64,000 bases of DNA from a virus: positions 32,001-96,000 of IMG/VR virus record IMGVR_UViG_3300020599_000003; one strand, given 5' to 3'. Made by a program: the position numbers and the translations under genes. Of this stretch, positions 54,857 through 62,236 are shown piece after piece; the stretch's first letter is position 1; each line of letters starts with the position of its first letter. Under the pieces are notes generated by a model. It was given only the letters and a program-made list of their open reading frames with translations. It was not told the origin of the DNA and ran no database searches.

Positions 54857-56179
54857 TTAGTTTCCTCGTAGTATTGAGATCTTGTCGCCGATGGCATCCA
54901 TCTTCTTACCGATGGCGTCGGCCTTGTCCTGGATAGCTTGGCGCAACTTGGGGGACTTGACCGCACCGAACCACTTCTTGCGGAGCTTGCTGAGCAGAGC
55001 CTTCTCCTGTACAGCCAGTTCTTTCCATTGCTTGTGGAGAATCTTCAATGCTCGTATGCGACGGGGCAAGGAGTCCTGATAGCTGCGCTGGCCGATCTTC
55101 TGACGAATGTCCTCGACGTGCCGTTCGAGCTTCTTGCGGGTCTCAGGGTCCTGCTCCTTGCGGAGGTGCTTCGAAATCTCCTTGAGCTCAGCCATACCCG
55201 CGTCGTATTCCTTGCGCTTGTTGGTCTTCCCGAAGGCCAGATGCTTGAGCCGATCAGTGAACGTGGACTCAGGGTGCTCCTTGAGGTATTCCTCCTGCTT
55301 GGACTTGGCCCAGCCACGGAACGCCTCGTAGGTGGGACCAGCCTCGACCTGCGTAGGAGTAGAAGCCAGATAGCCACCCAGGGGAGCGACCAGGCGCGGA
55401 TCATCCAGGTCGGCACCCACGTCATGTACCTGACCCGATGCGCCGCCCCCGAATCCGAAGGAGCTCACCATGTTGCCAGTGGTACTCTCGCTGCCAAGCC
55501 CATAGGCGTCGTCTAGACGCCCTCCAGGACCGGAACTGCCAATCATACCATTGGTGTAGCGCGGATCCTGCGTGTTCTCACCGATGGTGGCGAAGTAGCG
55601 TCCCTGCGGAGGGTTCTGGTAGAACTCGGCGCGGAGCTCCTGATCTGCCGACACGTAGTTGGGGGCGATACCGTAGTCTTCTTCGAAGTACTCTGCACGC
55701 GCTTTGTCCAGCACTTGACGAAAGCGAGGGTCGCGGAGGGCCTTCTCGAAGTTGGGATGTAGAGGAGTCGGCGGGGTTGCTGACCAGCAGAAGTCGGTAT
55801 GCTCGTGGTTCAAGACAGGCTCGAACTCTTCGTGACACACACCCAGGAAATTGTAGTAGCTGAAGCCGGGGGAGTCGAAACGGTAGAACGGGTACAGGAC
55901 GAACTCGTCGATGTCGACCTGCCCCTCCTCCATGAACTCCCGCTTGATGGCCTGCACGATACTCTCGCCAGGATCGACCCCTCCACCAAGACACGCCCAC
56001 ACGTTCGGAGCGTCGCCAATGTTGGAGCGCTTCACGAACAGGAACCGGCCAGTGTCGGGGCAGTAGATGACCGCCCCTGCGGCCTTGCCAGTGGAGGCAT
56101 CCGAGCGCAGATGGTAGGGGATGTTGTCCGACGGCAGCTCAAGCGTCACCCGAGCGTCGCTCTTGTGGAGGGGGTACAT
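54857..56179 (-). CDS. Nudix hydrolase fused to Gly-rich linker and Lys/Arg-rich helical domain
   Basis: AAGAV...FLFVKRS, GGGVDPGESIVQAIKREFMEEG Nudix box, LNHEH..F.W, LHPNF. Confidence 0.88.
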   Translation of the reverse strand: MYPLHKSDARVTLELPSDNIPYHLRSDASTGKAAGAVIYCPDTGRFLFVKRSNIGDAPNVWACLGGGVDPGESIVQAIKREFMEEGQVDIDEFVLYPFYRFDSPGFSYYNFLGVCHEEFEPVLNHEHTDFCWSATPPTPLHPNFEKALRDPRFRQVLDKARAEYFEEDYGIAPNYVSADQELRAEFYQNPPQGRYFATIGENTQDPRYTNGMIGSSGPGGRLDDAYGLGSESTTGNMVSSFGFGGGASGQVHDVGADLDDPRLVAPLGGYLASTPTQVEAGPTYEAFRGWAKSKQEEYLKEHPESTFTDRLKHLAFGKTNKRKEYDAGMAELKEISKHLRKEQDPETRKKLERHVEDIRQKIGQRSYQDSLPRRIRALKILHKQWKELAVQEKALLSKLRKKWFGAVKSPKLRQAIQDKADAIGKKMDAIGDKISILRGN

Positions 56180-56189
56180 CGAGGCTCCT

Positions 56190-56492
56190 TTACTGAGGGG
56201 TGCGAGTGGGCTTGGCCGTCTTGGCCAGCTTCTTGGCGTCGTCCGGGGTAATGGTCATCACCTTGTTGATGCCGTGGTCTTCCGCCTGCACCAGACGGAT
56301 GTGCTTCCCATTGGATGAGGGGCGCACGCCGTAGACCTCGTTCTTGTCGATGACGAGCGGACCCCTGCTAGTTTGCAGAGTCAGTTTACCGCCTCGGTGC
56401 TGGAACCACTGGTATTCGTCCTCACCCTTGATGCGAGCCTCCAGTTGCGAGTGGACCTGGAGGCGAGCCGCGATCTTGGAGATAGTGTTCAT
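56190..56492 (-). CDS. hypothetical protein with N-terminal IAARL motif
   Basis: MNTISKIAARLQ; ATGA overlap. Confidence 0.75.
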   Translation of the reverse strand: MNTISKIAARLQVHSQLEARIKGEDEYQWFQHRGGKLTLQTSRGPLVIDKNEVYGVRPSSNGKHIRLVQAEDHGINKVMTITPDDAKKLAKTAKPTRTPQ

Positions 56493-56773
56493 TTCGGCTT
56501 CTTCTTTTCCAGGAGGGATTTGGCGTGCTCCAGACGGCTCTTGTCCTCAGCGGACAGGTTATCACCGGCTCGGTTGATGTAAAATTGCAGCCTGGAAGAA
56601 GCCTGAGCGTAGTCCTCGGAGGCTCGCATCAGACCGTTGGCGATGTCTTGGGCGGAACGCGAGAAGAAGCCCTCCGGAGGGCTCCACTTCGTATCCACTT
56701 TACCCGACCACTTCTCAGCGGTGAGGGTGTTGGCGAGGGCGAGCCGCGCAGCAATGGTTCGGATTTGTGACAT
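56489..56773 (-). CDS. DUF3175-family protein with N-terminal IAARL motif
   Basis: KWSG.V...EGFF.R...IA..L...A.SRLQFYINRAG.NL...RLE.AK. Confidence 0.75.
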   Translation of the reverse strand: MSQIRTIAARLALANTLTAEKWSGKVDTKWSPPEGFFSRSAQDIANGLMRASEDYAQASSRLQFYINRAGDNLSAEDKSRLEHAKSLLEKKKPK

Positions 56774-56807
56774 AGTATCCTCGACGGGGCTTTCCGCCCC
56801 GGTTGAT

Positions 56808-57617
56808 TTACAGCACGTTGATGGGGACAATGACCGCAGCGGTGTCGCCGTTGTCTTCGTTGGTCGCCGTCAGGGAGATGGTGTAGCGACCGTAGGGGAT
56901 GTCTTCGTCACGCATCGACTCAGGCATGAGCTTGCCCTTGATGAAGTCGAAGATGTACGATTGGATATTCTGTACGACCGTGACGTCGTCGCTCCGGAAG
57001 CTGTCAGTGATCGAATCACCTTCCTGGCTGTTCCAGGAGTTGGCTGAGGCGTCGTACTCCAGCATCAGGTTCGGAGCCTGCTGACCACCGCTGTTGAGGC
57101 CAATGCTGAGGTCGATGGTGTAGTCCGACAGCTTGACGTTTTCGCCACGGCAGGCGACGCTGAATGCGAAGGCCCAGGCATTGCCATCCACATCGGAGCG
57201 AGACATCGTGTAGACGCCATTGGCATCCGAACTGACCGGAGCCGGGCTGTGTCGGTAGCGAGGGCTGATGCCAACCTGGATGGAGGCCGTGTTGCTGATG
57301 GCCCACTTGTTGACAGGGTTGCCCGAGCCATTGAGCATCCACTTGCCCTTGCCATCTAGGGTCGCATTGCTCCATAGAGTCCCGTTCGAGAAGGAGCCAG
57401 GGCTGAGCTGGCTCGCCAGAGAAACGGGCAGCACACTCGGGTATGCGAAGCCTGCGAACGCCTTGGAGATCTCGAAGGGCTGGCCGGATTGGTAGGCTTC
57501 ACTGGCAACGAAGGGCTGAACCCACCGGAGGTCCTCGATCGCGAAGGCATCGCCTTCAGTGACGGGGAAGCCAGATTCGCGCATCATCTTCTTGATTTCA
57601 GGATAGTACGATTGCAT
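56808..57617 (-). CDS. beta-rich hypothetical (probable virion surface) protein
   Basis: AAGGAG SD; Ser/Asn/Gly-rich; C-terminal GRYTISLTA...AVIVPINV. Confidence 0.72.
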   Translation of the reverse strand: MQSYYPEIKKMMRESGFPVTEGDAFAIEDLRWVQPFVASEAYQSGQPFEISKAFAGFAYPSVLPVSLASQLSPGSFSNGTLWSNATLDGKGKWMLNGSGNPVNKWAISNTASIQVGISPRYRHSPAPVSSDANGVYTMSRSDVDGNAWAFAFSVACRGENVKLSDYTIDLSIGLNSGGQQAPNLMLEYDASANSWNSQEGDSITDSFRSDDVTVVQNIQSYIFDFIKGKLMPESMRDEDIPYGRYTISLTATNEDNGDTAAVIVPINVL

Positions 57618-57664
57618 GGAAACGCTCCTTGTATCTTGGCGATCGCCGATTGTGGAAGGACGTC

Positions 57665-58090
57665 TTAGGCGTAGCTCTTCGGCTTGGTAGCCGTGCCACG
57701 AGGTGTTCGAGCCGTTGACTTCGGGGTACGGGCCGTGGACTTCGGAGTCTTGGCTGTGCCCGGAGGCTTGGTGACGATGCTCTTGCCTGGCTTGATGGGC
57801 TTCTTCTTGCGCATCAAGTCCTTGGCCTTGTCGAGCTTCTGACGGTCAGCCGGGGTTGAATTACGCCCTGAACGGTTGTTCACGAAGTTGAGCTGGGACA
57901 TGGCCTTACCGTAGTCATACCGCTTCAGTAGCTCCTGTGAGATACGTGCCGGAGACTCCTTATAGAGCCCCTCCGGCGGCTTCTGGTCAGGGTTGGTGGC
58001 TCGGTACTTCTCCTTGACCTTGCGGGTCGCCTCCTTGGACCACTTCTTGTAAGCCTGGAGGCGGGCAGCAATCAGTGGGATGCAGGACAT
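57665..58090 (-). CDS. second DUF3175-like protein with IAARL motif and TPKS repeats
   Basis: PPEGLY...I...L...AMSQLNFVNNRSG.N....KL.KAK; tail KTPKSTARTPKSTARTPRGTATKPKS. Confidence 0.72.
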   Translation of the reverse strand: MSCIPLIAARLQAYKKWSKEATRKVKEKYRATNPDQKPPEGLYKESPARISQELLKRYDYGKAMSQLNFVNNRSGRNSTPADRQKLDKAKDLMRKKKPIKPGKSIVTKPPGTAKTPKSTARTPKSTARTPRGTATKPKSYA

Positions 58091-58175
58091 ACGGGCTCCT
58101 CAGGACTCGAGAGCCTTGATGGACTGCTCGGTCTTCTTGACTCCGGCGGCAGCCAGATCGCACTGACTGTGCTCC

Positions 58176-58183
58176 ATAAAATT
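58176..58183 (-). promoter_or_regulatory. AATTTTAT late-type motif
   Basis: Intergenic, upstream of 58090 gene. Confidence 0.55.
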
Positions 58184-58212
58184 CTCAACCTTGAGAGGTC
58201 GAAGCTTCGACT

Positions 58213-58536
58213 CTACACGCGGACGTTACCGCGATTGTCGAAGAAGCGGCCGGAGATGCGGCCGAAGCCCACGCCAGCCAGTTCCACATCCTCGTTGAAC
58301 ACGGCCACGGTGTTCCCGTGCTCGTCTTTCGCCGTGTGTTGAATCACCATCTTGGAGGGGTGGCGATCCGTCTTGAGACCGAGCTTCTTGCAAGCCGCCT
58401 GCCATTCCTTGAGGTTGCTGAAGCGGACCTCGGAGGTGGCAAAGCCAGCATCGGTTTCGACATCAGCGTCGACGGCAGTGGCACGCAGAGGGTTGGCTCG
58501 TGCGAGACGAGTAGTGATGGACTGAAGTACGGACAT
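58213..58536 (-). CDS. hypothetical protein with N-terminal ITTRL motif
   Basis: MSVLQSITTRLARANPLRATAVDAD. Confidence 0.72.
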   Translation of the reverse strand: MSVLQSITTRLARANPLRATAVDADVETDAGFATSEVRFSNLKEWQAACKKLGLKTDRHPSKMVIQHTAKDEHGNTVAVFNEDVELAGVGFGRISGRFFDNRGNVRV

Positions 58537-58574
58537 GCTTTATACACCTTGTAGTTTGAGAGGAGGGGCAGAGA

Positions 58575-60053
58575 TTAGAATGCGGCGCTGCGCGGGAGGC
58601 CTGAAGGGAAGCGACCCCAGATACTCGCGGGCGATACCGTTATACCAACAGAACCGATCGCACCTCGTTGCAGCGTGGAGGGATCAGCACTCCCATCACC
58701 CTGCGTGTTTCCTTTAATTATGAGGTTGGTTTTGACAGGCTTCAGGTCCTGATCCAGGCGCTGACGGATCTGATCCGCAGCTTGCTGGTAGGCGGAGGTG
58801 CGGTCAACGTTCAGGCTGATGTTGGCACCCTGATAGTCGAACGCCTTCTCAGCCTCGGCCAGTTCCTGACTTTCCAGGGCGAACATCTCGGCAGACTGCA
58901 GCCAGTACTCCCGGATGATGTTCTTGGCGTTCAGCATCGTGAAGCTGGTGAACTGGCCGGTCGCACCGTTGAAGTAGTCACGCCCACGGCGCAACCAGAT
59001 CATGATGGTCTCCGGCGGGAACAGCAGATCAGGTAGGCCATAGAGGCTGGTGCGAGCCTTGTTCACCCGAGCCTGAACATCGTTGATGGCATCCAGGATC
59101 GACGGGTTGACCACGTAGAGCTTGGCGTACTCAGTCGTCTTGGCTTCACCGGGGTTCCAGTATTGCCAGAGAATGACGTAAGGCTCCAGGCTAACGTTGA
59201 GACCTGAAGTATCCAGAGGCACGCGCCAGAGATACCCAGAGTCCACCCTCTGGTAGTCGTACACTGTCAGCGGAGCGCCCACAATGGTATTGTCGATAGA
59301 CAGCGAGACCTGCACGTTCTGCGGTAGGTAGTCCGTGACGAGGTCGATGGCTGCGGTCGTTCCCTGGAGCTCGACTGCGTCCGATGCGCCCAGAGGGGTA
59401 GTGGTCAAGCCGAGGATCGTGATGTTCTCAGCGACCGTCTGGCTCTGCACACCGTTCAGGTACAGCACGTACTGGATCTGGTACTTGCAGTCGAAGGACG
59501 TTGGCGGGATCGTGCTGGGGATGTTGATGACGCAGGAGGCTCGCACGATGTTGGACACGCCAGTCGAGTTTATGCGATACTCATAGGCCGTGCCTGCCGC
59601 TTGCGTGGTGCCATTGACGTCCAGCAGACGCCACTCCACGAAGCCACCAGCAGGATCCACATCCGGCGGGAAGACGAAGACGGCGACTCCAGTTGCGGCA
59701 TGGCCTGCTTCAATCGAGTCCACCAAATCGGCAAACTCCCCGGGATTCTGCGGAACCACGGGGAACAAAGTAGCCTCTGCGACAGTCACCGCCAGCAAGA
59801 CGATGATGGAGCGACCACTACTGAAGGTCAACTGGATCGGCGCGCCGTAGCTCACGCCGTTCATGCCACCCGACAAGTGGATGGTAGCGGTGCTGAGAGT
59901 GACGACGAGCTGGGGATTCGTGTTCGGGTAGGGCGGCTGCTGGAGGACCATACCAGTGACCGTCTCGCCCGGCTGAAGGTAGCGCGAGGTGTCGAACGGC
60001 ACGTCCGTATCAGTGCGCGGGTCCTTGAACAGGACGAAGGTCTGTTGCTTCAT
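58575..60053 (-). CDS. probable neck / head-tail adaptor protein
   Basis: N-terminal KDP...D..F...L..GET domain, Ig-like middle, helical C-domain typical of neck proteins (inference). Confidence 0.55.
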   Translation of the reverse strand: MKQQTFVLFKDPRTDTDVPFDTSRYLQPGETVTGMVLQQPPYPNTNPQLVVTLSTATIHLSGGMNGVSYGAPIQLTFSSGRSIIVLLAVTVAEATLFPVVPQNPGEFADLVDSIEAGHAATGVAVFVFPPDVDPAGGFVEWRLLDVNGTTQAAGTAYEYRINSTGVSNIVRASCVINIPSTIPPTSFDCKYQIQYVLYLNGVQSQTVAENITILGLTTTPLGASDAVELQGTTAAIDLVTDYLPQNVQVSLSIDNTIVGAPLTVYDYQRVDSGYLWRVPLDTSGLNVSLEPYVILWQYWNPGEAKTTEYAKLYVVNPSILDAINDVQARVNKARTSLYGLPDLLFPPETIMIWLRRGRDYFNGATGQFTSFTMLNAKNIIREYWLQSAEMFALESQELAEAEKAFDYQGANISLNVDRTSAYQQAADQIRQRLDQDLKPVKTNLIIKGNTQGDGSADPSTLQRGAIGSVGITVSPASIWGRFPSGLPRSAAF

Positions 60054-60084
60054 GTGCTTGGTCCCAACGTTGGGTATTAGCTGT

Positions 60085-60657
60085 CTAAAGGTACGGGTTC
60101 CGAAGCTTCCAGATCAACCGAAGAGAGGTCTTCGGTGAAGTCTGTGCCACGGTCTCGCGCTCCCACAGAAAGGAGGTCATAAGATTTGAAGACGGGAGTT
60201 CCCGAAGAATCTCCTTCAGCCAAACGTAGTTGAAGATTTGATTGAAGTTAGAGACCTCGTAGACATTCACGACGTTAGTGCGCGTGGAACCATTCTTGGC
60301 TCTGAACTCATCGAACAGGCCGATAGACCCCGCGAGGTCCTCCCAGTCATGCTTACGAAGCGAGGTGAATGCTGCTATCCGTTGGTGATTGAGTCGTGTG
60401 CCAACGGGGGCAAGCCAGTAGAAGGGCCCAGGGGCAGGGATGAACGGGACCGCCTTCGTGAGCGGACGAATTATCTCTGTCACGTAGGCAGCATTCTTGT
60501 TGACCGAACTCGGTGTATCAAAGTACGCCCCCAGCCAACGTATCGCCCGTACTACATCAGCGGGATAACTGGCCGCTGAGAGCTGAACCCAGAGGTCGTT
60601 CGTGAGGCGCGCAAGGATCCTACGCGTGATATGATTCATGGTGTCGATCTGTTTCAT
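60085..60657 (-). CDS. hypothetical protein with ILARL motif; possible ADP-ribosyltransferase fold
   Basis: Starts at 60657 or 60639; FYW..., AFTS, WERETV order resembles ART R-S-E motifs; about 50% GC. Confidence 0.6.
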   Translation of the reverse strand: MKQIDTMNHITRRILARLTNDLWVQLSAASYPADVVRAIRWLGAYFDTPSSVNKNAAYVTEIIRPLTKAVPFIPAPGPFYWLAPVGTRLNHQRIAAFTSLRKHDWEDLAGSIGLFDEFRAKNGSTRTNVVNVYEVSNFNQIFNYVWLKEILRELPSSNLMTSFLWERETVAQTSPKTSLRLIWKLRNPYL

Positions 60658-60670
60658 GGTGTCGATCTGT
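60635..60670. repeat. 18-bp perfect tandem duplication of a start region
   Basis: TTCATGGTGTCGATCTGT x2, creating two in-frame ATGs. Confidence 0.9.
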
Positions 60671-60688
60671 TTGATTAGAGAGTGCTTC

Positions 60689-60967
60689 TCACCAGTTGGA
60701 TTTGTAGCGGAAGAGGAGCTTCTCCCCTCCCATGGTTTTAGGGTAGCGCGGCTTCACACCACGCAGGGTGAGGCAGAGGTCCTCGGTCAGGTCCTTCACA
60801 GTAGCACGGCGCATATGTTCGCGGAGCTCTTCGACAAGCTCCTTTGCATCCTGGACTTCTTCCTTGTCTGCGATGCCGTGGTACTTCACATTCTGTAGGT
60901 TACGCTCTGCGTTGTGGAGATCGACTGCCAAATCCATCAGGAAGACGTGCCTGCCGTCGATCTCCAT
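60689..60967 (-). CDS. hypothetical protein (92 aa)
   Basis: GGAG SD, ATG 60967. Confidence 0.65.
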   Translation of the reverse strand: MEIDGRHVFLMDLAVDLHNAERNLQNVKYHGIADKEEVQDAKELVEELREHMRRATVKDLTEDLCLTLRGVKPRYPKTMGGEKLLFRYKSNW

Positions 60968-60968
60968 G

Positions 60969-61184
60969 TCAGTCTCCGAGCAGGACCAGTGCGCGCAGGT
61001 ATGGGAGTATGCTCTTGTGCTCCTTGACGAATTGCGCCCACGCATCGGCGGGGTTCTTGGCATACACGGTCAGCGTGGAGGTGCCGTGGCTGTTCTTGTC
61101 GCCTGTGCGGACCTGGAACTGGTACTCCTGCTTCGGTACAGCCGACCGCAGCCGGTGCGCCACGCTGTTGATGATCTTGCTCAT
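60969..61184 (-). CDS. small protein with N-terminal VAHRL motif
   Basis: AGGAG SD; MSKIINSVAHRLRSA. Confidence 0.7.
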   Translation of the reverse strand: MSKIINSVAHRLRSAVPKQEYQFQVRTGDKNSHGTSTLTVYAKNPADAWAQFVKEHKSILPYLRALVLLGD

Positions 61185-61185
61185 G

Positions 61186-61368
61186 CTAGAGCTCTCCTAC
61201 GAACTTGAACCCACCGAGCTTGCCTGAAGCGAGATCGGCGAAGTTGTCTCTGTACAGGCGCTTGGCAATCCTGCTAAATGCCTCGTTCTGATTAGCAGCG
61301 TCTTGCGCGAATGTGAGGGTGCGTGGACCAACCTTCAACTCGAAGAAGTAGGTAGTCTCAACACTCAC
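61186..61368 (-). CDS. small hypothetical protein, paralog-like to 60969-61184
   Basis: Y.F...G..TLT....A.N..EA. Confidence 0.65.
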   Translation of the reverse strand: MSVETTYFFELKVGPRTLTFAQDAANQNEAFSRIAKRLYRDNFADLASGKLGGFKFVGEL

Positions 61369-61786
61369 CCTCCTTATCGGCTGCGGCGCGGGCGCGGAAG
61401 CCAGCCGCTGCAGTCAGGCGGGACGTAACATTCTTCAGCACGTCCGGCTTCATGTCCTTGGCAGGGGCGTCCTCAACCAGGATGTCCGTGACGAAGCCGT
61501 ACTGGTCGCACACGCAGTAGATCTTGGCCTGGAGGCGTTTCAGGATGTTGCGGAACACGAGCTTGTCGCCGTACTTGACCTTCTGGCGAGTCGGCCGCAC
61601 GTCCGCGCCGAACTTCAGGAAGGTAGCACCCATGATGGCCCCGTAGGACAGCATCTTCTGGGGTTCGATCAGGATGGCCTTCGGGTTGGCTGGGTCTTCA
61701 CCAGGCTCTTCACGAAGCTCGCACTTGATGTGCAGTAACTTGGTGATGGAGTCCGCGATAGCTTGAGCTTTCTGCTGGAGGTTCAT
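61358..61786 (-). CDS. hypothetical protein with C-terminal VTSRL motif
   Basis: ORF in operon; DVLKNVTSRLTAAA. Confidence 0.7.
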   Translation of the reverse strand: MNLQQKAQAIADSITKLLHIKCELREEPGEDPANPKAILIEPQKMLSYGAIMGATFLKFGADVRPTRQKVKYGDKLVFRNILKRLQAKIYCVCDQYGFVTDILVEDAPAKDMKPDVLKNVTSRLTAAAGFRARAAADKEGEC

Positions 61787-62232
61787 GGTATCTCGTCGCT
61801 CAGGGTGAGCTTGGTTGAGAGTTGTGTGCGGGCCTTGAGGTGCACTGTCAGGACCATTGCCATTGACTGGAAGTCCACGTCATACACTAGGCTGTCAGGT
61901 AGGCGCGCCCTCAGACGGATGCTGAGAAGTGTGCCGCTGGAGCCCAGACCCCACATGAGGTAGCCGAGGTCAGTGGGCTTGGAGAATAGAACCGATACAG
62001 TGTGGTTGCTGTTCTCCTCCTCTATGCTCTGCGTGAGGATGTGGACTTGGCCGAGGTCCGTGGCAAGGCGGAGTGCTGCGGAGTTCAACATCGCGATCCT
62101 GATGCGAGTCTTCGCAGCGCGCTCTGCTTCGGTTACTAGGGCGCGCACCTGAGCAAGGACGGGGTCAGTGACTTGTGAGCCCGCCGGAGCTCGCTTCTTG
62201 AAGCGGAGCCAGCGGAGCCATGCGCCCCGCAC
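61783..62232 (-). CDS. hypothetical protein (149 aa)
   Basis: ATGA overlap. Confidence 0.6.
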   Translation of the reverse strand: MRGAWLRWLRFKKRAPAGSQVTDPVLAQVRALVTEAERAAKTRIRIAMLNSAALRLATDLGQVHILTQSIEEENSNHTVSVLFSKPTDLGYLMWGLGSSGTLLSIRLRARLPDSLVYDVDFQSMAMVLTVHLKARTQLSTKLTLSDEIP

Positions 62233-62236
62233 CCCG

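Noticed and set aside
58100-58177. 25-aa micro-ORF MEHSQCDLAAAGVKKTEQSIKALES
   Set aside because: Its ATG is part of the AATTTTATGG motif and has no SD; it cannot be supported, although leaderless translation is not excluded.
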